Source of the DNA: Phoronis australis
Lineage: Eukaryota; Animalia; Phoronida
Direction: 5' to 3'
NCBI GenBank assembly: GCA_002633005.1
Contig: NMRA01000260.1
Span: 75,821 to 139,820 of the forward strand
DNA length: 64,000 bases
The translations under genes were made by a program, and so were the position numbers. How positions within the stretch are numbered: the first letter of the stretch is position 1; each line of letters opens with the position of its first letter. Below are positions 37,257 to 50,888 of the stretch, one piece after another. The notes under the pieces are model-generated. The model was given only the letters and a program-made list of their open reading frames with translations. It ran no database searches and was not told the DNA's origin.

Positions 37257-37743
37257 TAAGGTTATGTATTATCGACAACTCTGTGTTTAGCCAAGTATCT
37301 GCAAGACTATATATATCTATATATAATATTAACTCAGTATTTTTATAGCATTAAAAAGTCTTTAGAATTGGGTTTTTGGCGTTATACGAACCTGTCATTG
37401 ACTGGGTCACGTGATCATGTTTTAGCAAAATGAAAAGTATATTCATATCAAACCAAAGTTACCAATAACACAGCTAATTTCAAGTTATATAAATGTTCAA
37501 CATAAAACCTCAATCTGATACAGTTTTCTAAATTAACATTTCGTTTTCACTTGATGCAAGTTTTTATTTATTTTTCATAAAAATCATAAATGTCCTATTT
37601 TTGGTACCCCCTCGATTCCTAAAGACTTTAGGAGAACAGGGCGTAAAGCAAAGTATCTGAAAGTTTCATTCGAATCTAGTCAGCTCAGTACTTCCGAGAC
37701 ATGATATTCATGAACATTTTTCTATGGACCTACATATCCTTAA
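37257..37743. mobile_element. Non-autonomous DNA element with TAAGG...CCTTAA ends (Kolobok-like)
   Basis: Termini taaggttatgta / tacatatccttaa; diverged reverse-complement homolog at 53180-53693. Confidence 0.6.
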
Positions 37744-38198
37744 GACCGAACTCAGAAAGAAATTGGTCTTACGCTGCACACAAAAATTTCAAAAAGATAA
37801 TCAAACCTCACCTGAGCAAAACTGCAAAGTCATTGAGAATATACACACGCTAGTTCTACGAATTATTTCTTGATTGTGATGGCTGCGCTCTTAAAAGACA
37901 TCGCCAAACCTGTATTCGTATTGAAGTGACATGAGCAAAAATTAATTTTTAGCCTATGAAGTGGGCTCCTCTATTTTACTGTAAAAGCCCCTCTTTTTGG
38001 CCGCCTTCAGGCGGGCCTCCTATATTGATATAGGAGTCTTACTTTTGGAGCTCGAAAATGTATTTCTCGCCTATGTCATTTTAATAAAAGTAAGTCATCA
38101 AATAATAGACATTCGTGCAAAAGCAGGTCAAGTTAAATAATTCATAACTGAGGTTTAGAGAACAGTGGATGAAGTGCATTAATCTGAAAATATCGTAG

Positions 38199-38414
38199 GA
38201 ATGCGATCAGATATTTCTGAGATGTGATATGTATGAATGCGATCAGATATTTCTGAGATGTGACATGTATGAATGCGATCAGATATTTCTGAGATGTGAT
38301 ATGTATGAATGCGATCAGATATTTCTGAGATGTGATATGTATGAATGCGATCAGATATTTCTGAGATGTGATATGTATGAATGCGATCAGATATTTCTGA
38401 GATGTGATATGTAT
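38199..38414. repeat. 36-bp minisatellite, 6 near-identical copies
   Basis: Unit GAATGCGATCAGATATTTCTGAGATGTGATATGTAT. Confidence 0.97.
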
Positions 38415-39708
38415 GCCAAATTTTGACATTTTTCTAGGGTCGTACAAACCTCGAAACGAAAAACTTCCAGAACGACAGCTGAGTGCATGCATAACATACA
38501 CGTTTAGTTCATAGTTGTGAAACGACACAGGGCTGTTCAAATCAAAAACTTCAATTAACGCTTAAAATGACCTAATCACAATGTACAAAATGTAACAGTA
38601 AATTTATCTACTTACCGTTTTGGTCAGCAGGATTCAATACCCATACAAGCGACGTGATGCTCTCTAACTTAAACAACTGTCACCATTGACTATGATAATA
38701 GGCCCTATCGTAATTCTTGTCTGACCCGGCAGATTATTAATGATCACCAGATAAACTATTATTTGTCGTCGTGACAACAATGCATAGCGTGTACATGACA
38801 TTTGCCGTATATTAGTGTTCCTTTTGTTGACATATGATCTGCGCCATTTTGATTAAAACGGCTTTTTCCTACATCTTGTTTCCGCTACCCAACTGAGAAA
38901 TTCTAAACCTCACAAGAGCAATCACTTTGTTCATTAGGTGAGTCTGTTTGCATTGTAAACTAACCTGATGCAGAGCAAATAATTGTCAGTGATTGGTATG
39001 ACTGAATACATTAGTTGCAATAGGCAATCCATTCAATGAGCACGTAACTGTGTTATAAAAATGTTTGGTCAGTAGCATGAAGATCTTTGGATGCTCTAAA
39101 ACGTATTTCACATGACGAGTATTATTAAAATAACGCGCCGGGGATTCTGCACACTCAGTGCCATCTAGCGATGAAAGAGATTGTTATAGTATTGTGGGTC
39201 TCTGTGTGGATCCAGTGAATGGTGCGTGTGAGCAAGGGTGTTCTATAGATTCACATGACATTGTTTGGCGACGTTCGTAGCTGTAACATAGCTTACCTAT
39301 CAATGTTTTAAACGAAACAATTGCATTTCCTTTTCCAAACTCCTTTCGTCTGTATAGTTTCAGATAAATATTGACAATAGCACGTCTATCCAACTAAAAA
39401 TAATTGCTGCATCCTTATGCGTCATTGTAGATCTTACGTCATCACTAACAAGATTAGATTTTCCATTTTCCGTTTAAAGTCCAACATTTCCGTTGAAAAA
39501 AGTCATTAAAGTGCTAATTATAAACTATTCACTATTTTTGAGTCCAGTGAATGTAAACATTTCTAATGACGTAAGTGACACTATAAATAACACTAAGATT
39601 AATCCCCAGCTCGTTTTTGTAAGTATTGTTACGCCACCGATTCTCTGAAAATGGAGCTCAAGTGAATTGTGAATCACTGGCCGACATCGAAACACGAATC
39701 AAACCGTA

Positions 39709-39761
39709 GGAAAGAGAAAGGGGAGATGGGTGAGGGGAGGAGAGAGAGAGAGAGGGAGAGA
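39709..39761. repeat. Purine-rich (GA)n microsatellite running into the gap
   Basis: ggaaagagaaagggggag...agagagagag. Confidence 0.8.
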
Positions 39762-40306
39762 NNNNNNNNNNNNNNNNNNNNNNNNNNNNNNNNNNNNNNN
39801 NNNNNNNNNNNNNNNNNNNNNNNNNNNNNNNNNNNNNNNNNNNNNNNNNNNNNNNNNNNNNNNNNNNNNNNNNNNNNNNNNNNNNNNNNNNNNNNNNNNN
39901 NNNNNNNNNNNNNNNNNNNNNNNNNNNNNNNNNNNNNNNNNNNNNNNNNNNNNNNNNNNNNNNNNNNNNNNNNNNNNNNNNNNNNNNNNNNNNNNNNNNN
40001 NNNNNNNNNNNNNNNNNNNNNNNNNNNNNNNNNNNNNNNNNNNNNNNNNNNNNNNNNNNNNNNNNNNNNNNNNNNNNNNNNNNNNNNNNNNNNNNNNNNN
40101 NNNNNNNNNNNNNNNNNNNNNNNNNNNNNNNNNNNNNNNNNNNNNNNNNNNNNNNNNNNNNNNNNNNNNNNNNNNNNNNNNNNNNNNNNNNNNNNNNNNN
40201 NNNNNNNNNNNNNNNNNNNNNNNNNNNNNNNNNNNNNNNNNNNNNNNNNNNNNNNNNNNNNNNNNNNNNNNNNNNNNNNNNNNNNNNNNNNNNNNNNNNN
40301 NNNNNN
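39762..40306. other. Assembly gap (N run)
   Basis: 545 N. Confidence 1.
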
Positions 40307-41305
40307 TTGGTTTTAGTCGTGCATCGGCAGGGAAGTGGTGTTTTTCGGGTGAAAAGTGCCGATTTTGCATTTTTTGCCCTTATTTTTCTTAGTCTAGCTT
40401 GGTTTTCAGTGGGAATGAAATGGTCAAAAATACAAGAAAGAATAAAGTTTCTGTGCTCATCTGCTGGACTTTTTATGTGAAATAATTGAAAACATGCCAT
40501 TCTTTGCATCCTGTTTTTGACAGAGTGAAGAAAAGGTTACAAATCGAGTGATGTGTGTTTTGCTAGGCAAAACCCAGTGAGAACTGTTCTGTGCCTCCTT
40601 ACCAACATTCATAGAGGCCATCAGCGATTCATGAGAACGCTTAATAGCCCATATACGCATTGCCTCTGACTTGAGTTAAGCAAGTCAATATACATTATGA
40701 CTGCGATTATGTTTAAATAATATGGCTCTTATGCAATCTAATTAAGCCTTTTACTTTAACTAGAAGCAAAAGATGAATAATGTACTACATGAATAATTAT
40801 CATTTTCCATATCTGGGAGGTGTAAAAAATTCTTTTAAATCTAAAAACGAAGTGTTACCAATATTCGAATCACAACAGAGTGTCACAATGAAACCTTTCA
40901 TGTACTAATTAACTTATTAATTAACTAATTAGTCAACAAATTAACTTGTACTTTTAATTAACAGAAGGAATAATAGTAACATTAAAAGGAAATGAACAAA
41001 AGTTCTATAAATGACTGATTAATCCGGCAGTGACGTCTAAATCTATGGCAAAAACGCAAAGATGAAATGTTCGCAGCAACACCCAAAACGTCCCGATAGT
41101 GTTTTTTGTCGAACGGGAGACGTAACACCGAAAAGCGCCAGGCGGCCTTTTTTTGTTTTATTGGAAATTACGGGTGCCGCAAAAACCCTTGAAACGTTCG
41201 GTGTTTTCCTTTTGTCGAGCAGTAATGCTCAGAAATCGAATTAACATTATATCTGGGCAACAGGTAAACATTGTATAAATGAATTATAGAAACGGCACAA
41301 GCTTA

Positions 41306-42124
41306 GGGCAAGTCCTATTTTAAAGGACAAATAATTAAAACGCATTTTTATTACAATGAGGACAGTCACGTTTACTTACAAGTTTCCAAATTGTATTCTA
41401 CTAAAAGCATACCTGATTGCCAACAGGTGTCAAATAAAAAATAATTATCACTCTCGTTCCCATCCATATTGTTTACAATCTTTGTAGAGAAGTGAGGATT
41501 TAGGAGGTTGTTTCATGTTTTTAATCAAATTTGTTAAAAAGTTCCAGAGTACATTCCCAGCATATAGGCTTACCTAAGGTGATGGTTTCGCGCAAAAGGA
41601 CAGTTGGAGTATTTTGATTAACAAAACATTGAATCAGTAGCAAAAGACCAATATAGCTTAATACCGAAGTTTGAATTTTTCTGAATTGATATCTGAGCCA
41701 CATTACAATTTAATAATAGAAATTTAGAGGTTACTTTCGTCGCGTAAGTCCGTAACACTCACACACCTTATATCGAGTTGTATGACAACAATTTCTTAAA
41801 AGATATCATTAAAAAATACTATGTTTTACTTTATAGACATTACACTATATCATAAAAACGAAAAATGTAAGTTAATGCAACTAACAGAAAATTAATGTTA
41901 AAGAGATTTTTGTCTAACAGTCAAATTCTTTGCGTCCGTCCGTCACATTCCTTTAAAGACCATTTTCTCAGTCAGAAAAAAAGATAGGAAAAAAGTTATC
42001 ACATACTTTGAAAGCTATCAAAGAGAACTAACATTTGATGTATTAATTATATTCATAGGATGAATTTTTTTTCAACTGATCAAAATGTCCTCTTGTAACA
42101 CGTCCGTCACAAATGGAATTGCCC
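41306..42124. mobile_element. Possible non-autonomous DNA transposon with GGGCAA...TTGCCC ends
   Basis: gggcaagtcc / ggaattgccc termini; GTCCGT(C/A)ACA subterminal motif three times. Confidence 0.35.
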
Positions 42125-43649
42125 AGATGAGAAGTAAAGGCCCAGGTGTGTTACCAACTGCCAAATTTCAAATCAGGCGTGCTTAAATGAGTGATTACAC
42201 CACATTACATACATATTTAGTCAGAGAAGGACTTGAACTTTTATCTAGTTGTATTTTGCGTGTTACTTAAGTTGCTTACATCACTGGAAATGGGAACACC
42301 CCACAATTCCGAAGGTTCACTCCTCTGCAGCCGGGTTCACTATTCCGAAGGCTCACTACTCCGAAAACACCCGTTCCAACCGTAACACCATTCAAGAGTC
42401 TATTAAATGCAAGCAGTTACAATACATTATACACCGTAGCACTCTTCAACGGGCTCTACATGCGTGTTACAGTGTGCACAATGAGACGGATTTTTCTTTG
42501 AGCAACGAGAACAAGTGTGAAGTCGCGAGACCTAAGAGTTCTGGTATGGCGGTACTTTCATCTGAGGCTGCCATTTTGTAAATTCGGCGCGAAATGCAGA
42601 TTGTCGCTAGTCTCGAAGTTGAATATATGCTAAAATCTTGGCAACAAGTGTAAACATCGACTTTGATCCTGGAGCGCACCTGCTGTTTTGCTTCTTGGTC
42701 GATTTTAAGGCATTCAAGACACACCGCACCACTTTTGGGAGCTCTCTCGCTGCTATATAGCCTAACTAGGTATGAACATTCACTTCTAGACTCTCTTGTT
42801 ACCTTGTTGTAGCCTCCACGCCGATGAATAACAAAAAGTCTCGGATCCTCAAATCGTCTGCACGAGCCTGTCATCAAACATCATTCAGGCGAAGTCGGAT
42901 ACGGACCGATGATTACGTAAAGCAAGTTCAAAATTATTACCAACTTAACTATCATTGTAGTTAGTAGTGCCAGTACCTGCATCAACTTTGTTGTCCATCT
43001 ATATCCCACCTTTAACGGATATGCTGGGGCAGGACTTTTTCTGCGGGGGGAGGGGATCGATCGATAAATGCGCCTCTATTAAATATACTTTTTCAACTTC
43101 ATTTTACTAAAAAAATTCATGAAACGGATTTATTTCAACCGAAACTTAAGCACAAATATAATGCTTATTCAACAAAACTACAAATATTTTCAAATTTATC
43201 TGATTTTAATATGACTTGTTTACTTCAATTTTTATTGTGGCACACCACCATTTAAAATGGCCGCCGCTGACACATTAATTACAGGTACTCACTCAACTGC
43301 CGTCATGTGCAATGAGGTTTCCGCTGAAATCTCCGCAACTTTTAAAAGAATAAAAAATAAAAGGCAAACACTAACAGGACTGAATATTACGAAATGTTTA
43401 TATTTCAGTGATATCTTCCGACTGACGAAACTTTTCCGGTGTTCTGGATTCGTGAATGCGAAGAAAAGAGTATCTTTAAAAATACAAAGCGTTTTTTCAA
43501 ACAATAACATTTTGCTTAAACGTTTTTCATAAAAGCCGCACACGTGCCTACGGTTCATTTACGGGAACATGGAGGTTTCCCTTGGATACTGCACGTCTTA
43601 CGTTGGATGTCTTTTCTAAGTACTAAGCAAGCGCAACGATGCTTACAGT

Positions 43650-45910
43650 TAACTCGCCTTCAACACAAAAAACTTTTGATGTAGACTATTTACCGTTACG
43701 AAATTGATTTTAATCTTTTCCTTAGTCAATTTAGACTCGAATTCAGGAATTTCAAATATCTGGAAATTCGCCATGATGCTTGAGACCTTGGAGCGGCAGA
43801 ACAAATTTTTTACTTAAATCTTAAGTGACTTTTTATAAAACTTCCCTTGATTATTTTTAACCAGTTTAGCTCTTGCAGCTGGAACCTGAATGTTTTGAAG
43901 CTTTCGAGAGACACAATTTGCTTGTTACCGAAACTTTATAAAAATCGCATTTCTCCATAATTTTAAATATTGAACTTGACCAATTGCAAGAGTTCTGATG
44001 TTTAAGGTCCCATAAAAAGACTTTTTTGGCAATTCTGTTTTCATCCATTAGAACTTAACGATTCCAAAGCCGTAGAATATTTTCATGTTGTTTGTAGTGT
44101 AAATTTAGCCATCCCTAGTCGCCATAAAGTACTGCACTGGTAGCATTTATGGACTCTTAAAAATGTAGATAGTGCTCTCGTTCTGATCATTTCGCATTTG
44201 GAGTACTGAGAGTACATTTACTGTAACCGTTGGAACTCGTGTTACCAATATGTTTGTACTTGCTCACCTGAGCTCTCAACACACTGAACGCGGTGTCTGC
44301 CAGTCAGCTGTCAAACTGAAATCCATAAACTCATTCAGAGTTACACCCAGATACTTACAGCATTCTCTTAAATTCACGATGTGATCACACAAAATGAATT
44401 CAAAACTCGTTTTTAAATGTCTCCTCATGCGAAAATGAACCGCGACAGTTTTGGACATTTGCCACCTTGCCCACAAATTGCTCAATACGTTCAGTAAATC
44501 CTGTATATAGGTCTCAATGCCAGAAAATAATCTGAATGTCACGTGCATACAAGAGACAGGATGAAATGCAATCATCAAAATTGATACCTTTGCTATAACT
44601 GTGCAAATCATTAATTGAATCATTTCCGAAAATTAAAAACAATGTAGGCGACAATGGATCCCCCTGCCTGAACCCTCTTTGTACTGGGAACCAGTTGGTA
44701 TAACTTGACTTACCTAGTTGTACACAGGCTTCCGTCTGCGCATACAGCGATTTTACTGAGTGATAGAATTTTCCAACCACTCCTAAATCAATTATTTTTT
44801 TTCAATAAAAAGTTTCTATCCAAATTGTCAAAAGCTCGTTCCATATCGACGAATATCGTAAACGTCTGTCTATTACAAGCTATTCTGTTTCTTACAAAAG
44901 ACGTGAGTGTAAACACGTGGTCAAGACAAGACCGCCCTTGTCGAAAACTATTTTGTTCTTCAGCCTGCGTTCGACATTCATAAACTCGGTTAATCTCCTG
45001 TTTAATACATTACAATACACTTTACTTACGGTAGAGAGCAGATTTATGCCTCTATAGTTGGAAGGTAAATTCAAATCTCTATCTGATCCTTTCGGTATTG
45101 TTGCGATAATCGCTTTATACCACAATTATGGAGTAAATCCGGTGTCAAAGAACTTCTGAAGGAGCAAGACCAGAATGTCAATCATCTCAGAGGATCTCAG
45201 CGCTTCGTATGGGATCCCGTCTATACCAGCGGCTTTACCCGATTTTAATTTGTGAATAACAAAATAGACTTCAAAAAACGAAAAACTTTTTTCCAGTACA
45301 TCTTTAACATGACCCGGAAGTTCAGAATATTGCATTGCATTCTCCAAATCCTCTACGTTTTAATTTTCAGCCATTGGAAGTATAGCAAACAAATCTCCAA
45401 AATTGGCCTCCCATCTTTCTGAGGGAATAGTATTTTCATGTCTCTTTTTGAGTTATGGCCCTAAGTTTTTGAGTTCCTTCCAAAAAACATTGGGGTCATT
45501 TTCACACGATTCATCAATAAGTGTTAATTTCTTTTTCAAATACTGACTTTTTAAAAACCTGAATCTTTTGTCAAAGTAAAACTTGTATTCATATAGTCGC
45601 TCCCTTCGTCGTTTAGTATTATTTCATAGAGAAATACTTTTTCTTTTTTGACCACGTTTTTCCAAAGTTGCGTTAATTCATCATTCCAAAAGGGCTTGTT
45701 TGCTTTAAATCTTTTTCAGATTTTTATTACAACTTTGAGTACATCTTAAATGCAATTCCATTTCTGTTTTCATTATTTCGCAGAAGGAGTTACAAATCTC
45801 ATAAACTTCACATTGTCTTCGACATTCATTTTCTAATATTAAAAGCAACTCTCCAATCGCACTCTTAAAAATCTCATTATCCATAAATTCACTAGGCATA
45901 GTATTTAATT
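43650..45910 (-). mobile_element. Degenerate, 5'-truncated non-LTR retrotransposon (LINE) reverse transcriptase
   Basis: Fragmented frames KSGKAAGIDGIPYEAL, PKG..PSNYRGINLLSTVSKVY, GFRQGDPLSPTLF, LLYA.DI, KYLGV, RIAKKVFLWD, with stops and frameshifts; ends approximate. Confidence 0.92.
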
Positions 45911-45911
45911 T

Positions 45912-46092
45912 GTACATGCATATGTACATGTATATGTAGACATACATGTACATGTATGTGTGAACATACATGTACATGTATGTGTAGACATACATGTACA
46001 TGTATATGTAGACATACATGTACATGTATATATAGACATACATGTACATGTACATGTACATATACAAGTATATGTATATACAAGTATATGTA
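45912..46092. repeat. TACATG-based microsatellite with ~24-bp higher-order unit
   Basis: acatacatgtacatgtat(a/g)tgtag repeats. Confidence 0.9.
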
Positions 46093-47553
46093 TTAAAGTT
46101 CCTAACTAAAATGAGTAAAAAGGGAGTTTTGACTAATTAGACATGACTCTGAAAGTGTCAAAAATCGAAAAAAAAAGTTTTTATGTAGTTCATTTTTTTA
46201 ATTTTCAAAAAATCCAATTTTACCTCGTATTTTTTTTTCAAAATGCACAGGGACCATCATCAACTGTTTCCTTACGCAATATTTTACTTATCCATACCAA
46301 TTGACACAATATTTTTCTGACATTTGATTGGTTGTTCGGATCATTTTGCACTGGCACCTGGTGGCTAACAAATTAGTTGAGGTTATATTTTTTCCAACTT
46401 TTAAATTAAAATTCTAACTAAACATGCAAGTGTATTCTTGGGAACTTTTTTGAAATTGACTTTTAAGCATCTGTAGATGGGTTTAATGCAAAGTTCCCGT
46501 TGCCCCCAGAAAGTGGCCACGGAGGTGAAAGATAGGAGAGCTGGGACTATGGCCTAAAATGTCAATTTCTGCGACATGTTGTTTGTCAATTTTGGCCTAG
46601 CGGACTCGTGGATAAGGCGCTCCCGCCACCTGGTGACTGTTTTACAACTATCATTTCCAAGGAAAGAAATCCTCTGTTTAATATTTCCCTGCTTTTGTCA
46701 TTAATAGCAACATCAAAAGTGTGAGTAAACTTTTTGTTGAAAATGTTTCGTAGCATAACCCTATCACATATGGGCGGGTTTTTTATTTATTTTACTTAGA
46801 GGTCCAAAAATGACAACGGGGTATGGTACCATGTACCGCCTGCCGCCTGCATTGCAGGACTGTAAGCCAAGGTCGTAAGGTTGAAAAAGGTGCGTTTTTG
46901 GCCGTCTGAATTTGGTGGGCTGCTTGATCAAAAACCGAGATGTGGATTACGTAAGTAAATAATGGGATGACGTCACAATTATGACTAATGGATAAAAATG
47001 TCGTCGTAAACATGATATTCGATAGATATGGAGATGTTGTTTCTTGCATACCTCTCAACGTGGAATAGTCGGCAGCGATAGAACAAACATTGCAGATACT
47101 GTTAAACGCAGCTGAAGATTTGCTAAAAAAGAAACAATGGACACAAAAAAGCGTTTTGCTGCTTCATCACCAACTGTTTTCAGCTGTCATTTGCAAGAAA
47201 GTGAACACTACAATGAACCATCCAGGCTTTATCCATGCACAGCAACTTCAGAACTGTGAGTAAACCAGAAGGTTAAAGCTCGTAGAAAAATTCTCTGGCA
47301 CAACAGCCAGTAGGCCGGAGTGAGAGCCTTCCTTCTCTGTATGTCTTCGGGAAGTATAATGATCGTGGCTGCTGTGCAACCGTAGACTATAGATAACGAG
47401 TATCTATGGTGGCATCGTTTGACAAATCGAACACCTCAAAGCATAGAACTCTACCCCTGGAATGCCAACTCCGGCACGTGAGCAATGTATTCTATATTAC
47501 AGCTTGAGGCTAGCCGCGAGAGTTTGCTCTGACTTTCCGGCAATCTGCCGACC

Positions 47554-47584
47554 TTACCCTAACCCTAACCCTAACCCTAACCCT
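47554..47584 (-). repeat. Short interstitial telomeric tract (CCCTAA)4-5
   Basis: ttaccctaaccctaaccctaaccctaaccct. Confidence 0.9.
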
Positions 47585-47715
47585 GAACATTAGCTTAATC
47601 TATTTGTGCACAGTGTGTCCCTCATCTGAAACAAATAAGGCTACCTGGCCTATTGTTCGCTGTGACAAAGGTTCTTTGTACAGTGGTCTGATGAGAGCGA
47701 TTTGGAGGTTATCCT

Positions 47716-47868
47716 GGCGTGCGTTCAGTAACGCTAGGACCTACGCTAGGACCTAGCTAAAATCTAGCTAAAGTCACGTGTTCTCACTTAAAATACACGG
47801 CAGTATCTCACGTAATCTCGCGAAGTGTTGCTTTTTAGAGAGGTCCTAGCGTTACTGAACGGGAGGCC
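47716..47868. mobile_element. MITE (PIF/Harbinger-like termini)
   Basis: Perfect 21-bp IR cgttcagtaacgctaggacct (47722-47742) / aggtcctagcgttactgaacg (47841-47861). Confidence 0.7.
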
Positions 47869-49616
47869 GGTTTCTTTTGTCAGCTGCCATTCAAGTGTGC
47901 TGAGCAGTGGTGAAGGGAAAAGAATAAAGGGCTGCTTTGCCCTTACATTGTTTCATAAAATTGAAAGCGAAGAGGCCCAGAGTATACAACGATTAAAAAA
48001 TCAAGAAAACCTATTTTAAAAAATCCTGATGTCAGTGTTAGTACCCTGCTTAAACCCATACGCCATTTATACTCCAACGATAGGTTTTTCAGAAAATATT
48101 TTTAAGTGTTTTGCATCTAGGAGCACGGTACGCCTACGTGACAAAATTCCACACCATTCCATTTTCGTTTGAAAACGCAACCTTTTCAGTGCATCTGCTT
48201 ATGCGATCGTGACGTCAGCGTTTTCACTGACGAATACCTCAGAGACACAACGTGGAGATCGAAAATTTCTGTGGTAAACCGTTCTTTATTTTCTGGGGTT
48301 TACGGTGAAATCGTCAACCATTAAAAACACCTCTTCAGTCGTCTGGCGGCACTAATATAATATGGGAACTCGAAATTCTCCAGGCCAGCGTGATTTACTG
48401 GTTCTACCCCGGCATTACAGGTGCCTGCGCTCAAAAATCTCACGGCTGGTGTGATCACGTGCTTCTCTAGTAACATACTGAGATATCGCTCGAAGTCTTC
48501 TGTGACCTTGAGTGTCCGCGAGGTTCTCGCGTCTACGGAACTCACGCCTGCTTAAGTTTCTGCTGACAGTCTATTAACAGAGGATTGCTAGGTGTTGCAG
48601 ATGAGGAAAGGTCCGCTCACAGGATCTTTCCTCATTTGATCCATCTAGCGTTATTATAAAAGTCTCCAATGTTCCGCTGCCGCTTTTTCCAAGAGAGTGA
48701 GCCTCCGATTAATCACACCGACATTTCATTTCTCATTCATATGAGCAACTTTAGAAGTGTCAATTTTGTAGAACTACCCAGAACGGCCAACCAGAATGTG
48801 CCTTTATTTAATTTCTTGATTGTTGATTACACCGAGGCTGGGTGCACCATGGTCGAATTGCTGGTTGGTGTGATCCGTATTGGGGGCCTGAATTCAGGTG
48901 ACAGTTATCCGCTTGGTCACGGTGTGTTATGTAGATCACAGACCCTGGTAAGAAACATGGATGGATCGTAAAAGTCAGGTCAGAATTTGACTACAATTGA
49001 CTGGAACATCGCATAGGGTATCGTGAGTCGACAGTTTTTCATTTAATGATCAAGGACGAGGTTGTGCCCCCTATGCGTTTTTTGTAAATGAGTCCAAGCT
49101 ACAGTGAAAGAACTCTCGCTGCGCGTTTGAACGTATTCTCATCTCACTAGTTCTATTCAAGGCATCTGAGTCTGTGAATGGTAACTACTGGCTAGTTGAA
49201 AATTTAGTCCACAATTTATATCGCCAGCATACGATCTCAAAATGGAAAAGCATGACCATTTTCAATATCGCTAAGGCAAGTGTGTGTTATCTAGTTAAAC
49301 TGGCTGCTCTTTTCTACAACTCACGATTAATGTCCCCCGGGGTTTACTATCCGATCAGGAAGACAATTTTTGATCGAGACCACGGCCGCCTTAGCAACTA
49401 ACTGTTCCGTACTCAGATGAGAAGGGATTTCTGGATTTGCAAAGAATTGAGAGCGCATTATTCCTTGAGACTGTGCTCGATGCATAAAATGACAGACAGC
49501 GCGAAGCCAACTTGTATGATTTCAAGTCAACTCAATGTGAAATTGAAGGCATTAGCAAGAGACCAGCATCTGCAATTAAAACTATACATTCGTTTTACGT
49601 TACACTAATAGCAAAA

Positions 49617-49629
49617 TTTATTTTTTATT
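49617..49629 (-). terminator. Candidate RERG polyadenylation signals
   Basis: Two adjacent TTTATT (AATAAA on minus) ~850 nt after the stop codon. Confidence 0.45.
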
Positions 49630-50477
49630 TCACAACATTCTTAGCCGTACAACCATTTTCAACTTTTGAATAAAACTTGAATACGCAGTTTACAAAAAGT
49701 CTTCAAAATAAAATTTGAGCAACGTTCGATTAAAATCTGATCTTATCTCCACTATGAGACATTTCGTTCCGCGCTGACTGGACTACACATCAACATGTAT
49801 CTTAAACGTGGCCTTTGAAACTTGGTTGAAAGGCGATCGAAAGCAAGTGACAACTTGTGAAGTCCTCGTTAGGCTTTAATCACCAACTATAGTATGAAGT
49901 ATTTAACTCCTAGCACGGAATGTATTTTCACCTCGGTTTCGAAATTCCATACGCTATATTGTAGACCAATTTAATTCATAAACCAATCCAACTAACTCAT
50001 CAACCAATTTAAGTTCTTTCCAACTGAAACTGTTGCTGCTGAAGTCAAAAGACCCGGATACATTATTTCATTTAAACTACCGAACTTTTCTGCGTGACGA
50101 ACGCGTGTAACTCTTTAAGGTTCCCGATTATCGTCACAGACAGAATGCAAGGCATACTTGGGAGTAGAAAAAAACGTTGAGAAAGTACATGTGCCCCTTT
50201 GTAAAGTAGTCACAAAGTCGTCCAGTGGAGATTATAGCAACTTCTCCATAATGATCAACGTCACTTTCAATTTGCAGGACTTATGTAATTCCTGCGAAGT
50301 GCTATCTGACGTCATGTTATAAATATGCTGTGCTGAGTTCCGTATAGTACAGGGAAGAATCTCGCGCAGGAAGTTGGAGTGAACACGTGCTTCGCATGGC
50401 GATGTTTCGATAAGTTTTGGCAATGTGTGATCTTGCGTTTTTACGAGACGCCTACGCCTGGTTTTCTGGTTTTGGAC

Positions 50478-50888
50478 CTATCCACTACCAACTTTTGTCA
50501 ACACTTTGCTAAATACTTGTTTCAATTGTTGTGCGGAGCTCCTTCGTCGAGGTTTTCCTTCAACCATTTTCCTTCGCTTTATTTCCCGGTACAGTTCGTG
50601 GAAAGCCTCGTAAATGTCCTCGCTACCTTGGCAAGCAGACGTTTCGAAGAACGCGCAACCCATATTTGTTGCCGCCTTTTCTCCTTCCGTGTACGTAACT
50701 TTTCGAGTATGCACGAGATCAATTTTGTTTCCAATGATTACACAAGGTGCGCTACTGTTCCTTCGAATGTCATCAACGTTTTGCCTAAGAGTCTTTACCT
50801 CTTCGAAACTCTGCTTATCGGTCACACTGTACACCATAATAAAACCATCTGCCCATTTAATGTACCCTTCCCTGCTTGCAGGGTCGTC
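50478..50888 (-). CDS. RERG: RERG exon 4 (G4, G5, basic tail)
   Basis: tttcag acceptor, NKID and ETSA motifs, stop TAG. Confidence 0.95.
   Translation of the reverse strand, partial: DDPASREGYIKWADGFIMVYSVTDKQSFEEVKTLRQNVDDIRRNSSAPCVIIGNKIDLVHTRKVTYTEGEKAATNMGCAFFETSACQGSEDIYEAFHELYREIKRRKMVEGKPRRRSSAQQLKQVFSKVLTKVGSG

Noticed and set aside
39658-40509. 200-280 aa ORFs
   Set aside because: Artefacts of reading through the N gap
42467-42877. 136-aa minus-strand ORF
   Set aside because: No recognisable domain or convincing splice partners
47096-47256. Open AG...GTGAGT-bounded exon-like segment on +
   Set aside because: No recognisable protein similarity and no partner exons found
47554-47584. 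Possible telomerase RNA template
   Set aside because: Templates are ~1.5 repeats and this is 4-5; no pseudoknot or H/ACA domain recognised by eye
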